DNA of 64,000 nucleotides. Origin: an uncultured Gemmatimonadales bacterium (lineage in GTDB: Bacteria; Gemmatimonadota; Gemmatimonadetes; Gemmatimonadales; Gemmatimonadaceae). The notes below the pieces were generated by a model. It was given only the letters and a program-made list of their open reading frames with translations, had not been told where the DNA came from and ran no database searches. Numbering within the stretch: position 1 is the first letter of the stretch; the number at the start of each line of letters is the position of its first letter. The DNA lies in the NCBI GenBank assembly GCA_963707505.1, contig CAVPQB010000004.1:800001-864000 (forward strand). Reading direction: 5' to 3'. A program made the translations under genes and the position numbers. Below, piece by piece: positions 49,112-57,824 of this stretch.

Positions 49112-51682
49112 CTAGCCCTCCCGCAGGGCCGTCATCGCCGTCTCCTTGAACACATCGCGGCCGGCGATCACCCCGATTGATATCGCAATCACCATCATCA
49201 CGGCAGTGATCGTGATCGCCGGCCCGAACTGCGGCGTGTATTTCACATCGAAGACGAAGTGCACCAGCGCCCAGCTACCGGCCACCGCGAGCACCAGCCC
49301 GGTGAGACTGCCCAGTATCCCGAGCAGTGCATACTCGGTAAGCAATATCCGCATGATCTGCGCGCGCGTCGCGCCGAGTGTCTTGAGCAACACGCTCTCT
49401 CGAATGCGCTCGCGTCTCGTCGACGATACCGCGCTGAACAGAACCGGAATTCCTATGATGACACTGAACAGCGCCATGAACCGCACAGCGGTCGACACGC
49501 GCGCAACGATCTTTCCGATTGTCTCGGTGAGCAGCGACAGATCGATGCTGCTTACATTCGGAAACCTGCGCACGACGTCGCGCTGGACCGTCGCGACATC
49601 CAGCGCGCCGGGCACGTTCGCGAGCACCGTGAACTGGTGCGGAGCGTCGCGCAGAACCCGACTCGGAAATACAGCGAAGAAATTTGGCTCGAACCGCGTC
49701 CACTTCACGTCGCGCAGGCTCGTGACTCTGGTAGGTATGTCGATCCCCTGAACGTTCCAGGTGATCCGGTCGCCGAGCTTGACCTTGAGCTCGCCCGCCA
49801 CACCGGCGTCGAGTGACACCTCACCCGTGTCCCCAGGGACGAACTGCGTGCCGCCAGCGTGCTCGGCCGCGAACCACTTACCCTCGGTCAGCGTTTCACC
49901 GGCAGTGATCGAGTCGCGGTACGTCGAACGGTATTCTCGTCGCACCGCCCAGCCCGCACGCCGGTTCTTCGTCGAGTCACCGACGATCGACTCTGTGGTT
50001 CTTCCGTTAATCGATGCGATGCGCATCGGCACTACGGGTGATTGCTGCGTTACCTTGAATCCCCGCGCGCGGATGATCGAGTCTATCGGTGCGGCCTGAT
50101 CCTGTTGCACGTCGAACAGCAACAGGTTGGCACCGGACGACGATGCGTTGAGCGCGAGATCTCGCACTATGCTGTTCTGGACGAGATACAGCGTGGTGAC
50201 GAGGAAGGCACCGAAACCGAGTGAGAGCATCACCGCGCGCGTCTGGTTCGCTGGTCTGTACACGTTAGCAAGACCCTGGCGTACGACGTAAGGCCATCCC
50301 GCGCGCACCGATCGTCTCGCGCCCCACGAGAGCGCGCTCGCGACCAGAGAGAGCACGAGAAGAACACCGCCAGTAGCAGCTGCGATCCAGAGACCCTGGC
50401 GTACGGACTGCGCGCGCACGACCGCAACGGCGACGACACTCAGCACCAGCGCTGCATTGACAAGCAGTCGCGGCAGATCGTTCCAGTGCATTCGCAGCAC
50501 CTCGGAATCGGCATCGCGCCTGAGTGTCTGCAATGGCGAAACGTTCCGCAGTGCGAGCAGCGGGCGCAGCGCGAACACGAGCGCGATCCAGCCGCCGATC
50601 AATACCCCTGTAAGTATTGCCGCAGGCTCCGCCGTAACATGCACGTCGACAGGCAGCAACCCGACGAAGGCGAGCGGAAGCAGAAACTGGATCGCTACGC
50701 CGGCGACCGCGCCGAGCAGGGCGCCCAGCAGCCCCATGACCGCCGCCTGCACCACATACATCGCCAGCACCTGATTGCCAGAAGCGCCGAGGCAGCGGAA
50801 GATCGCGACAGTGTCGATCTTTCGCGCGACGAAGGCCCGCACACCGCTCGCGACGCCGATACCGCCGAGCAGCAGCGCGACCATTCCGACGATGCCGATG
50901 AAATTCGCGAGACTCTCAGTTGCTCTTGCGGCTGACTCTTCCGTCTGCGTGACTGTTCGCACGTTGACGTCCTGCTTGGTGAGCGGCGCTCGGAACGGCG
51001 CTGCGAAGGCCTTTGGGTCCTGGTCGGAAGGCAGCTTCAGAAGCGCTGCATATTCCGCGGTGCTGCCAAATACCAGCAGTCGCGTCTCCGGCAGGTACCG
51101 GGCCGGAATGTAGATGCGCGGCGCGAACGCCGATGACAGGCCCGACGTTCCCGGCACATCCTTTAGCGTACCCGTGATTACGAACTCGCCATATCCGACC
51201 TTGAGTGTGTCACCGATGCGGGCGTCGAGCACGATGAGCAGCGACGGATCGACCAGCGCATTCGGTCCCGATTGCAGCGTCGCGTATCTGCCCGCAGGCT
51301 GTGTGGTGATCGCGCCGTAAAGCGGATATCCGGCGCTGACGCCATGGATCTGCGCAAGTCGCGTGTTGCCGTTGCGCGGAATGACGGCCATCGACGGAAA
51401 TGTCGTCGAGCGCACATTTGGAATCCCGGCGTGCTGCAGCGAATCCAGTAACTGCTCCGTCTCCTTCGCAAAGGGCCGTCTGCCGGAAAACTGGACGTCG
51501 CCGCCGAGCAGAGAGCGGGATTGTTCGCGCACCGAGCGTGTGACATTGCGCGCGAAGGAATCGATCGATACCAGCGCCGCCACTCCCACCGCGATCGTCG
51601 ACATGTAGAGAAACAGCTTTCGTCGGGTGGTGCGGCTCTCCCGCCACGCGAGTCGCGCGAGCTGCATTGGTGAAGCGCTCAA
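49112..51682 (-). CDS. ABC transporter permease, YbbP type (duplicated FtsX domain)
   Basis: LAWRE, LLGGD, YPLYG, FRCLGA, PNFF and LKTLGATR motifs. Confidence 0.9.
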   Translation of the reverse strand: MSASPMQLARLAWRESRTTRRKLFLYMSTIAVGVAALVSIDSFARNVTRSVREQSRSLLGGDVQFSGRRPFAKETEQLLDSLQHAGIPNVRSTTFPSMAVIPRNGNTRLAQIHGVSAGYPLYGAITTQPAGRYATLQSGPNALVDPSLLIVLDARIGDTLKVGYGEFVITGTLKDVPGTSGLSSAFAPRIYIPARYLPETRLLVFGSTAEYAALLKLPSDQDPKAFAAPFRAPLTKQDVNVRTVTQTEESAARATESLANFIGIVGMVALLLGGIGVASGVRAFVARKIDTVAIFRCLGASGNQVLAMYVVQAAVMGLLGALLGAVAGVAIQFLLPLAFVGLLPVDVHVTAEPAAILTGVLIGGWIALVFALRPLLALRNVSPLQTLRRDADSEVLRMHWNDLPRLLVNAALVLSVVAVAVVRAQSVRQGLWIAAATGGVLLVLSLVASALSWGARRSVRAGWPYVVRQGLANVYRPANQTRAVMLSLGFGAFLVTTLYLVQNSIVRDLALNASSSGANLLLFDVQQDQAAPIDSIIRARGFKVTQQSPVVPMRIASINGRTTESIVGDSTKNRRAGWAVRREYRSTYRDSITAGETLTEGKWFAAEHAGGTQFVPGDTGEVSLDAGVAGELKVKLGDRITWNVQGIDIPTRVTSLRDVKWTRFEPNFFAVFPSRVLRDAPHQFTVLANVPGALDVATVQRDVVRRFPNVSSIDLSLLTETIGKIVARVSTAVRFMALFSVIIGIPVLFSAVSSTRRERIRESVLLKTLGATRAQIMRILLTEYALLGILGSLTGLVLAVAGSWALVHFVFDVKYTPQFGPAITITAVMMVIAISIGVIAGRDVFKETAMTALREG

Positions 51683-52365
51683 TCTTGTTGTCCCGGAGAG
51701 CCGGTGTCTTCGATCACTGCGCCGTCAGCCAGACGGATCTGCCGTCGCGCGCGTGCAGCGAGAGTAGCATCGTGCGTGACGATCACGACCGTCGAGCCGG
51801 ACTCGTGGTTCAGCTCTTCGAGCAATGCAATGACTCGCTCGCCGCTCGCCGCGTCGAGGTTTCCAGTCGGCTCGTCGGCAAAGAGAATCGATGGTTGATT
51901 GGAAAACGCGCGCGCGATCGCGACGCGCTGCTGCTCGCCGCCTGACAGTTGGGTAGGGAAGTGCGTGGCCCGCTCGGCGAGTCCAACACGCTCGAGCAGG
52001 TCCGACGCGCGTCGCTCAGCGCCGCTATCACCGCGCAGCTCGAGCGGAACCTGCACATTTTCCGCGGCGGTGAGAGTCGAGATCAGCTGAAAACTCTGGA
52101 AGACGAATCCGACCTTTGCCGATCGTATGCGTGCCCGATCGTCTTCGCTCATGCTCGACATCTCGGCGCCGTCCAGGATCACGCGGCCTCCGCTCGGTGT
52201 ATCCAGACCCGCGAGCAGGCCGAGGAGAGTAGTTTTGCCGCTTCCAGATGGCCCCGTTATGGCGACGAACTCGCCCGGCTGCACGGAGAACGATACGTTC
52301 CGGAGCACCGCGAGCGTGCGCTCGCCACTCCGGTATTCCTTGGTCAACGATTCAGCGATGAGCAT
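51679..52365 (-). CDS. ABC transporter ATP-binding protein, YbbA type
   Basis: [26 protein letters not shown] and [10 protein letters not shown] motifs. Confidence 0.92.
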   Translation of the reverse strand: MLIAESLTKEYRSGERTLAVLRNVSFSVQPGEFVAITGPSGSGKTTLLGLLAGLDTPSGGRVILDGAEMSSMSEDDRARIRSAKVGFVFQSFQLISTLTAAENVQVPLELRGDSGAERRASDLLERVGLAERATHFPTQLSGGEQQRVAIARAFSNQPSILFADEPTGNLDAASGERVIALLEELNHESGSTVVIVTHDATLAARARRQIRLADGAVIEDTGSPGQQD

Positions 52366-53080
52366 GAAGAAAGACGTCGGTTATGTGAGTCTCTACGCTA
52401 CGACGAGCCTGATGGCGACTCTAATAGTGGCCGGATGCGAGCCGGCGGCGAAAGATAAGACACCGCAAGCTGTGCAGACGGCTGAAGCCACTCCAGCCGA
52501 CAGCGTCTCCTCGCCCAAAGCCGCCGCGGCGGGCCCGACTGTGCTGTTCATCGGTACCAGCCTCACCGCCGGCCTCGGCCTTCGGCCGGAGCAGGCATAT
52601 CCCGCACTGATTCAGGCCATGGCCGACTCCGCCGGCACACCGCTTACAGCGGTGAACGCGGGCGTGAGCGGCGAAACGTCGGCGGGTGCGCTGAACAGGA
52701 TCGACTGGGTGCTCCGCAGCCCGGCCGACGTCGTGGTCCTGGAAACAGGGGCAAACGACGCTCTTCGGGCGCTCCCGGTTTCCGAGGCTCGATCAAACAT
52801 CGCGCAGATTCTGGATCGAATAAAGGCTGCAAAGCCGCGCGCGAAGATATTCCTCGTTCAGATGGAAGCACCGCCCAATCTCGGCCAGCAGTACACCACC
52901 GCGTTTCACAACATGTACGGCGATCTCGCGCGAGAGAAGGGCGCGACACTCATTCCGTTTTTGCTGGGTGGAGTTGCGGGACATGCGGAGCTGAATCAGG
53001 CGGATGGATTGCATCCGAATGTGACGGGCGAGAAGATCGTCGCGACGAATGTGTGGAATTCGTTGAAAGGGACGCTGTAG
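52364..53080 (+). CDS. tesA: Arylesterase/acyl-CoA thioesterase I (SGNH/GDSL) lipoprotein
   Basis: GTSLTAG, NAGVSGETS, GAND and QADGLHP motifs; divergent from ybbA as in the known tesA-ybbAP locus. Confidence 0.88.
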   Translation: MKKDVGYVSLYATTSLMATLIVAGCEPAAKDKTPQAVQTAEATPADSVSSPKAAAAGPTVLFIGTSLTAGLGLRPEQAYPALIQAMADSAGTPLTAVNAGVSGETSAGALNRIDWVLRSPADVVVLETGANDALRALPVSEARSNIAQILDRIKAAKPRAKIFLVQMEAPPNLGQQYTTAFHNMYGDLAREKGATLIPFLLGGVAGHAELNQADGLHPNVTGEKIVATNVWNSLKGTL

Positions 53081-53125
53081 GGGTCAGGTGAGGCAAAGTA
53101 GCGAGAAGTCCGTAGAGGGCACTCG

Positions 53126-54382
53126 TCAAGATCGCCCGAGCACTCGCGCCGCCTTCATGTTCAGATAATCGCGCTCCGGAATACTCGCCGTTCCATCGGA
53201 AGCGGCGCGATAGTGAAGGATCGCGCGCGCATGATCACCAGTCATTTCGTACAGATGCGCGCGAACCGCATCGAGCCTGTAATGTCCGCGCAGCTTCTCC
53301 TCGGTATCGAGCTCGTTCACCAATACCAGACCAGCTTCCGGGCCATCCACCATCGCAACCGCAATTGCGTGGTTCAACGCGACCATCGGATTATCCGACA
53401 TTCGCTTCAACACTCCGTACAACGCCGTTATCTGCGGCCAGTCCGTGTCCTCCACACGGGTCGATCCGTCGTGTATTGCCGCGATCGCGGCCTGCAACAG
53501 ATATGGTCCAACCGATCCCGCTGCGAACGCGCTCGACACGAGCTCGGTTCCCTCGCGTATCAGCTGGTGATCCCATAACGTGCGATTCTGCTCGTCCAGC
53601 GAAATCAGCTCACCGCGAGATCCCGCTCGCGCAGCGCGGCGCGCATCTGTCAGCAGCATGAGCGCCAGCAATCCCGTGACTTCTCCATTGCTCGGTATCG
53701 ACGCGCGCAGCATGCGCGTGAGTCTGATCGCCTCGCTGGAGAGATCCACACGATGCAGTACGGGCCCGTTGCTGCTCGCGTAACCCTCGTTGAATATCAG
53801 ATACAGCACGTGCATCACTCCGCCCAATCGCTCCGCCCGCTCCTCGTCCGTCGGCATGTGGAATGCGACTCCTGACGACTTGATGCTCTGCTTCGCCCTG
53901 CTGATACGCTGTGCCATAGTCGCTTCGGGAACCAGAAACGCGCTGGCTATCTCGGCCGTCGTGAGTCCACCGACGGCGCGCAGCGTGAGTGCAACCGCCG
54001 ACGACGGCGAGAGTGCGAAATGGCAACACATGAAGAGAAGCACCAGCGTGTCGTCAGTCATCACTCCAGGATCCGCGTCAGCCGGTGACACGAATGGCTG
54101 GTCATGCGCGTGCTCGTTTGCGACCTCATCCTCGCGCCGCCGTCTCGCGCTCTCGCTGCGCATGTGATCCTTGAGACGTCTCATCGCGACGCTGAACAGC
54201 CAGCCGCGTGGATTCGTGGGAATGCCGGCAGAAGGCCATTGCGCCGCTGCTGCGATCAGCGCTTCCTGAACCGCATCCTCGGCGTCGGCGAAATCACCGC
54301 ATTTCCGCGCGACGCCGCCGAGCACCTGTGGCGCAAGCTCGCGCAACAGATGCTCAGCGGACTCATGCAGGGGGTACGTCAC
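53126..54382 (-). CDS. ECF sigma factor with C-terminal TPR/DUF6596 extension (ECF42-type)
   Basis: DAEDAVQEA, LFMCCH..L, GGLTTAEIA, YLIFNEGY and GPYLLQAAIAA motifs. Confidence 0.92.
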   Translation of the reverse strand: MTYPLHESAEHLLRELAPQVLGGVARKCGDFADAEDAVQEALIAAAAQWPSAGIPTNPRGWLFSVAMRRLKDHMRSESARRRREDEVANEHAHDQPFVSPADADPGVMTDDTLVLLFMCCHFALSPSSAVALTLRAVGGLTTAEIASAFLVPEATMAQRISRAKQSIKSSGVAFHMPTDEERAERLGGVMHVLYLIFNEGYASSNGPVLHRVDLSSEAIRLTRMLRASIPSNGEVTGLLALMLLTDARRAARAGSRGELISLDEQNRTLWDHQLIREGTELVSSAFAAGSVGPYLLQAAIAAIHDGSTRVEDTDWPQITALYGVLKRMSDNPMVALNHAIAVAMVDGPEAGLVLVNELDTEEKLRGHYRLDAVRAHLYEMTGDHARAILHYRAASDGTASIPERDYLNMKAARVLGRS

Positions 54383-54774
54383 GCATCCGTCGCGGGCGCA
54401 CTCATGACCGGCCGGAGCTCGATCGGCATGTAGAGCGGAGCGCCGCCAGGTCCAGGCGCCGCCGACGCCTCGGCCGCCAGTTCATAAGCACGCTCTGGAC
54501 TATCGACATCGATGATCCAGAAGCCCGCGAGGAACTCCTTTGTTTCAGGAAACGGGCCGTCCGTAATCGGCCTGCGGTCCTTGCCAGCGCGGACCAGCTT
54601 TGCCTGGCGCGGTGGCGTAAGTCCCTCGCCCTGAACGAATTCGCCGACGTCCATCAGGCGCTTGTTGAAGCTGTGCATGAACTGCATGTGTGCCTCGATG
54701 TCTCCTGGCGACCAGTTGTTGATCTGATAGTCCCCGGTTCCGGCTGGCACATTCATCATCATCATGTATTTCAT
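54379..54774 (-). CDS. YCII/DGPF protein
   Basis: TDGPFPETKEFLAGFW...IELRP motif; coupled to the ECF42 sigma gene. Confidence 0.92.
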   Translation of the reverse strand: MKYMMMMNVPAGTGDYQINNWSPGDIEAHMQFMHSFNKRLMDVGEFVQGEGLTPPRQAKLVRAGKDRRPITDGPFPETKEFLAGFWIIDVDSPERAYELAAEASAAPGPGGAPLYMPIELRPVMSAPATDA

Positions 54775-54825
54775 CTGTCTATTTCCTCTGCAGGTAGGTG
54801 CCCCAGGTGGCGCGTTCATAGAGAA

Positions 54826-54852
54826 GTCGGAGCCGACGCGGGATTCTCTACA
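54826..54852 (-). promoter_or_regulatory. Putative ECF42 autoregulatory promoter
   Basis: Minus strand TGTAGA-N17-CGAC, one mismatch to the TGTCGA...CG(A/T)C ECF42 consensus as recalled, about 50 bp upstream of the DGPF gene. Confidence 0.6.
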
Positions 54853-54963
54853 TCCTGGCTAAAAGTTGCCGGAATCCCGCCGTCCCACCAGTGCCAGGTT
54901 GCCTGTACCAGCCCTTACTTGCTACCTTTAAAGGCTATGTACGTTTTTCCGAGGATTTGACGA

Positions 54964-55530
54964 ATGGCGATGCCAGCCACGCAGATTCGGCGGGGGATGG
55001 TTCTCGTGTTCGAGGGTGAGCCATGCCGCGTCGTTGAGTTCCGCCACCACACGCCGGGAAATCTCCGGGCGATGGTGCAGGCCAAGCTCAAGAATATTCG
55101 CACCGGCAACAGCTTCGAGCACCGGTTCCGCGCAGCGGATTCCATCGAGAAGGCCGCGATGGAAACGCACGACCTGGAGTTCATGTATCAGGGTGGCGAC
55201 ACCTATCACTTCATGAACACCGAGAACTACGATCAGATCGAGATGGACGAGGAAGCGCTGGGCGATTCCGCTCAGTGGATGCAGCCGGGCATGAAGATCC
55301 AGGCCGAGTATTACAACGGCAACCCGATCGGCATCCAGCTTCCCAACTCGCTCAATCTGGAGATCGTGGATACCGCTCCGGTCATGAAAACAGCGACGAA
55401 GACCGCCTCGACCAAGCCAGCAAAGCTGAGCAACGGCGTGACGATCAACGTCCCGGAGTTCATCGCGCAGGGTGAGCGGGTTCGCGTGAATCCGACGACC
55501 GGCGAATACATGGATCGCGCGAAGGACTGA
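54964..55530 (+). CDS. efp: Elongation factor P (PGN loop type)
   Basis: KOW-OB-OB layout; HHTPGNLRAMVQAKLKN, YHFMNTENYDQ and TKPAKLSNG...VPEFI..GE motifs. Confidence 0.97.
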   Translation: MAMPATQIRRGMVLVFEGEPCRVVEFRHHTPGNLRAMVQAKLKNIRTGNSFEHRFRAADSIEKAAMETHDLEFMYQGGDTYHFMNTENYDQIEMDEEALGDSAQWMQPGMKIQAEYYNGNPIGIQLPNSLNLEIVDTAPVMKTATKTASTKPAKLSNGVTINVPEFIAQGERVRVNPTTGEYMDRAKD

Positions 55531-55557
55531 TTGGGGCCGGAGGGCCGGCGGAGTTAG

Positions 55558-55586
55558 TTGCTGGCTCTCGATTGCGGGATTAGAAT
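55558..55586 (+). promoter_or_regulatory. Putative sigma70 promoter of the tRNA-His/Trp pair
   Basis: TTGCTG-N17-TAGAAT. Confidence 0.6.
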
Positions 55587-55617
55587 GAAATGCTTGGGGC
55601 CGCGCGGCCCCGAACAT

Positions 55618-55692
55618 GGTGGCTGTAGCTCAATTGGTTAGAGCACCGGATTGTGGTTCCGGGGGTTGCGGGTTCAATTCCCGTCAGCCACC
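55618..55692 (+). tRNA. tRNA-His (GTG) with encoded G-1, no encoded CCA
   Basis: G-GTGGCTG/CAGCCAC-C stem, CCGGA-TTGTGGT-TCCGG anticodon arm and GGTTCAATT T-loop. Confidence 0.97.
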
Positions 55693-55727
55693 CCTCGTTC
55701 GGCTTGAGGGGTCTGGAAGATCAGTGT

Positions 55728-55800
55728 AGGTCCGTAGCTCAATTGGTAGAGCACCGGTCTCCAAAACCGGGGGTTGCAGGTTCGATTCCTGCCGGGCCTG
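55728..55800 (+). tRNA. tRNA-Trp (CCA anticodon), no encoded 3' CCA
   Basis: AGGTCCG/CGGGCCT stem, CCGGT-CTCCAAA-ACCGG arm and GGTTCGATT T-loop. Confidence 0.97.
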
Positions 55801-55818
55801 TGAGAAACGATAATTAAG

Positions 55819-55850
55819 AAAGCCACCTGACTACGATCCGGTGGCTTTTT
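55819..55850. terminator. Bidirectional intrinsic terminator
   Basis: AAAGCCACC...GGTGGCTTTTT between tRNA-Trp and the convergent PaiB gene. Confidence 0.8.
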
Positions 55851-55851
55851 G

Positions 55852-56511
55852 CTATTCCGGCGTCGGCAACCCACCGCGCGCGGCACCCCGCTCTGCAACC
55901 AGCTTCGCCATCTCTTCCGCCGTCGTCCCTTTCTCACGATATCCCGCGACGACGCCAAGCCGATCCGCTTCCGGCCGATTCTGACTCATTTTCCATTTGC
56001 CTTCGATCCTCGTGATCGGAATCTCGATCCCGACGATCCCCTTCATCTGACCGACGATGAAGTCACCCGGCGCATCATCCACCTTCCACGGCGCCCGGCG
56101 GTCGCTCTCGCACAGATGCGTCAGGTCGTCCAGTTGCCGTCGAAGCCAGACATCATCGTCGATCACCCGCGGCTTTCCCCATACGTGGACGGTCGCGTAG
56201 TTCCACGTCGGGACCACCTTGCCAGTTTCGCGTTTCGTCGCGTACCAGGACGGCGTCACGTAGGCCTGCGGGCCCTGGAACACGACCATGCACTCGTCGA
56301 CCGCGGCCAGCTCGCCCCACTGACTGTTCCCACGCGCGAGGTGGCACCGGATGGTTCCAAGCCCGGCGGTGTCCGAATCGACCAGACATGGAATTGGGTT
56401 GGCCATGAGGCCTCCAGGACCGGCGGTGATGATCAGACCAAGCGGATGGGCACGCATCAAGCCGTGCTGAACGTCGAGCCGATCTTCACGGAAGTTCGGT
56501 GGCTGGTACAT
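55852..56511 (-). CDS. PaiB-family FMN-binding negative transcriptional regulator
   Basis: MYQP..F, HLARGN, FQGPQAYVTPSWY, VPTWNYATVH and GKWKMSQNR motifs. Confidence 0.93.
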   Translation of the reverse strand: MYQPPNFREDRLDVQHGLMRAHPLGLIITAGPGGLMANPIPCLVDSDTAGLGTIRCHLARGNSQWGELAAVDECMVVFQGPQAYVTPSWYATKRETGKVVPTWNYATVHVWGKPRVIDDDVWLRRQLDDLTHLCESDRRAPWKVDDAPGDFIVGQMKGIVGIEIPITRIEGKWKMSQNRPEADRLGVVAGYREKGTTAEEMAKLVAERGAARGGLPTPE

Positions 56512-56610
56512 GGCGATACCGGTGAGGTTGATTGACCACGAATATACGGATTTTTCATATTTTGCCCCTGATTTCAGGTCATCCGGGCCTAATCTGTCGC
56601 GCCAAATACC

Positions 56611-56725
56611 CGGGGAAGATTTCCCCGATCCCGGAATTACCGTGACAGGCGAATATTGGTGGAGCCGCGTAAGTCTCTGCGTAACAACGACTTACGGAGT
56701 CGCGAAGCGCGGCACACCCATTGCT
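56611..56725 (+). promoter_or_regulatory. sigma54 promoter with candidate upstream activator site and IHF site
   Basis: CGGCAC-accca-TTGCT (GG 56711-12, N10, GC 56723-24); IHF-like TAACAAcgacTTA (56682-56694); palindrome CGGGGAA-gat-TTCCCCG (56611-56627). Confidence 0.75.
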
Positions 56726-56819
56726 TTTACGACCGTCTGAAGCCGGCCGCCTTTTGCGGCTCAGTCAGGCAAGCACCACTGATGGTGGTTGTCGGGAACT
56801 CACCAACAGGAGTATCTAG

Positions 56820-57083
56820 ATGAAGAAGAATTCCAACACCATGCGTGCGATTGCACTCGGCCTGAGTGTCGCCACGGCGGGAACCGCTGTTGCCCTGTAC
56901 GCAACTCCAGTGATCGCCCAGCAGACCCAGATCGCTGCGACCGTCGCTGACACGATCCCGACCAAGCCGGATACGGCCCGTCCGAAGCCCGACACGACGA
57001 TGCCGCCAATGCCGACCAAGCCGGATACGACCAAGCCAAAGCCGGACACGACCAAGCCGGCTCCAGCAGTCAAGCCGCTCTAA
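56820..57083 (+). CDS. Small secreted Pro/Thr/Lys-rich KPDT-repeat protein
   Basis: SD AGGAG, signal peptide ending VIA-Q, two copies of PTKPDT(A/T)(R/K)PKPDTT. Confidence 0.8.
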   Translation: MKKNSNTMRAIALGLSVATAGTAVALYATPVIAQQTQIAATVADTIPTKPDTARPKPDTTMPPMPTKPDTTKPKPDTTKPAPAVKPL

Positions 57084-57107
57084 TTTTCAGCAGTTCAGAG
57101 CGGTGAG

Positions 57108-57145
57108 TGCGGGCGCGGTGTCACGACGGTGATATCGCGCCCGCA
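57108..57145 (+). terminator. 17-bp RNA hairpin after the KPDT gene
   Basis: TGCGGGCGCGGTGTCAC-gacg-GTGATATCGCGCCCGCA; both non-WC pairs are G-U on the + strand. Confidence 0.7.
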
Positions 57146-57179
57146 GCACGTCCGCCCATTTGAACCGCGCAACGCCTCT

Positions 57180-57824
57180 CTACGGCTTGCGCGGTTTTTT
57201 TAGCGCCGAGTCGCCACTCGGCGTTCGGATGGTCGACCGCAGGTCGATCGCCTTGAGATGATTCAGCTCGTCACGCAAAACGTTGAGCTGGTTTTCGCGG
57301 TCCTGAAGGTCGCTCTCCAAACGCGTGCCGACCTTTCTGAGCAACGCACTCTGGTCCTGTTCGGCCTGCAATCGAACCGAGATCGAGTCGATGCTGCTGC
57401 GCAGCTTCAGTGTATCCGAGGTCAGCTGCGCGATCTGCGCCAGCAGGCTTTGCCGCTTCGCAACAGCGTTGTTGTTTGCCTTCTGCAGCTCGTACAGCAG
57501 CGATAACTGATCCATCGCTGCCTGGCGCCGCGATGTGTTGGGGTAGTCCCGCAGCAGGCGCTCGAACAGATCGCGCGCGCGCGCCGGATCATACGTGGGC
57601 CTGTCCGGGAAGCTGTACAGCATCGCGGCCTGGAACAGAGTCGATTCGTTTTGCAGGAGCGACGTATCGGCAGCAAGAGCAGTCGCTGCGTCGGACCAGT
57701 TGCGAGCGTCGATTGCGCTGTCGAACTGCGACGTACGCGCAGTTGCGCACGCGATGACAACGAGCATCGCGGAAGAGGCAACGGCGACGATGGTGCGACG
57801 CGCGACTGGACGACCGGCGATCAC
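57180..57824 (-). CDS. Lipoprotein with TPR-like segment and coiled coil (QseG/YfhG-like)
   Basis: Lipobox VIAC, ARDLFERLLRDYP and C-terminal ELNHLKAID; GTGA overlap with the kinase stop. Confidence 0.7.
   Translation of the reverse strand: MIAGRPVARRTIVAVASSAMLVVIACATARTSQFDSAIDARNWSDAATALAADTSLLQNESTLFQAAMLYSFPDRPTYDPARARDLFERLLRDYPNTSRRQAAMDQLSLLYELQKANNNAVAKRQSLLAQIAQLTSDTLKLRSSIDSISVRLQAEQDQSALLRKVGTRLESDLQDRENQLNVLRDELNHLKAIDLRSTIRTPSGDSALKKPRKP

Noticed and set aside
56595..56647. E. coli GlrR-type site TGTC-N10-GACA
   Set aside because: TGTC and GACA are present but about 45 bp apart, so the spacing does not match. The internal palindrome is the better enhancer candidate.
55618..57083. 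Genomic island at tRNA-His/Trp
   Set aside because: No integrase, att duplication or evident compositional shift.
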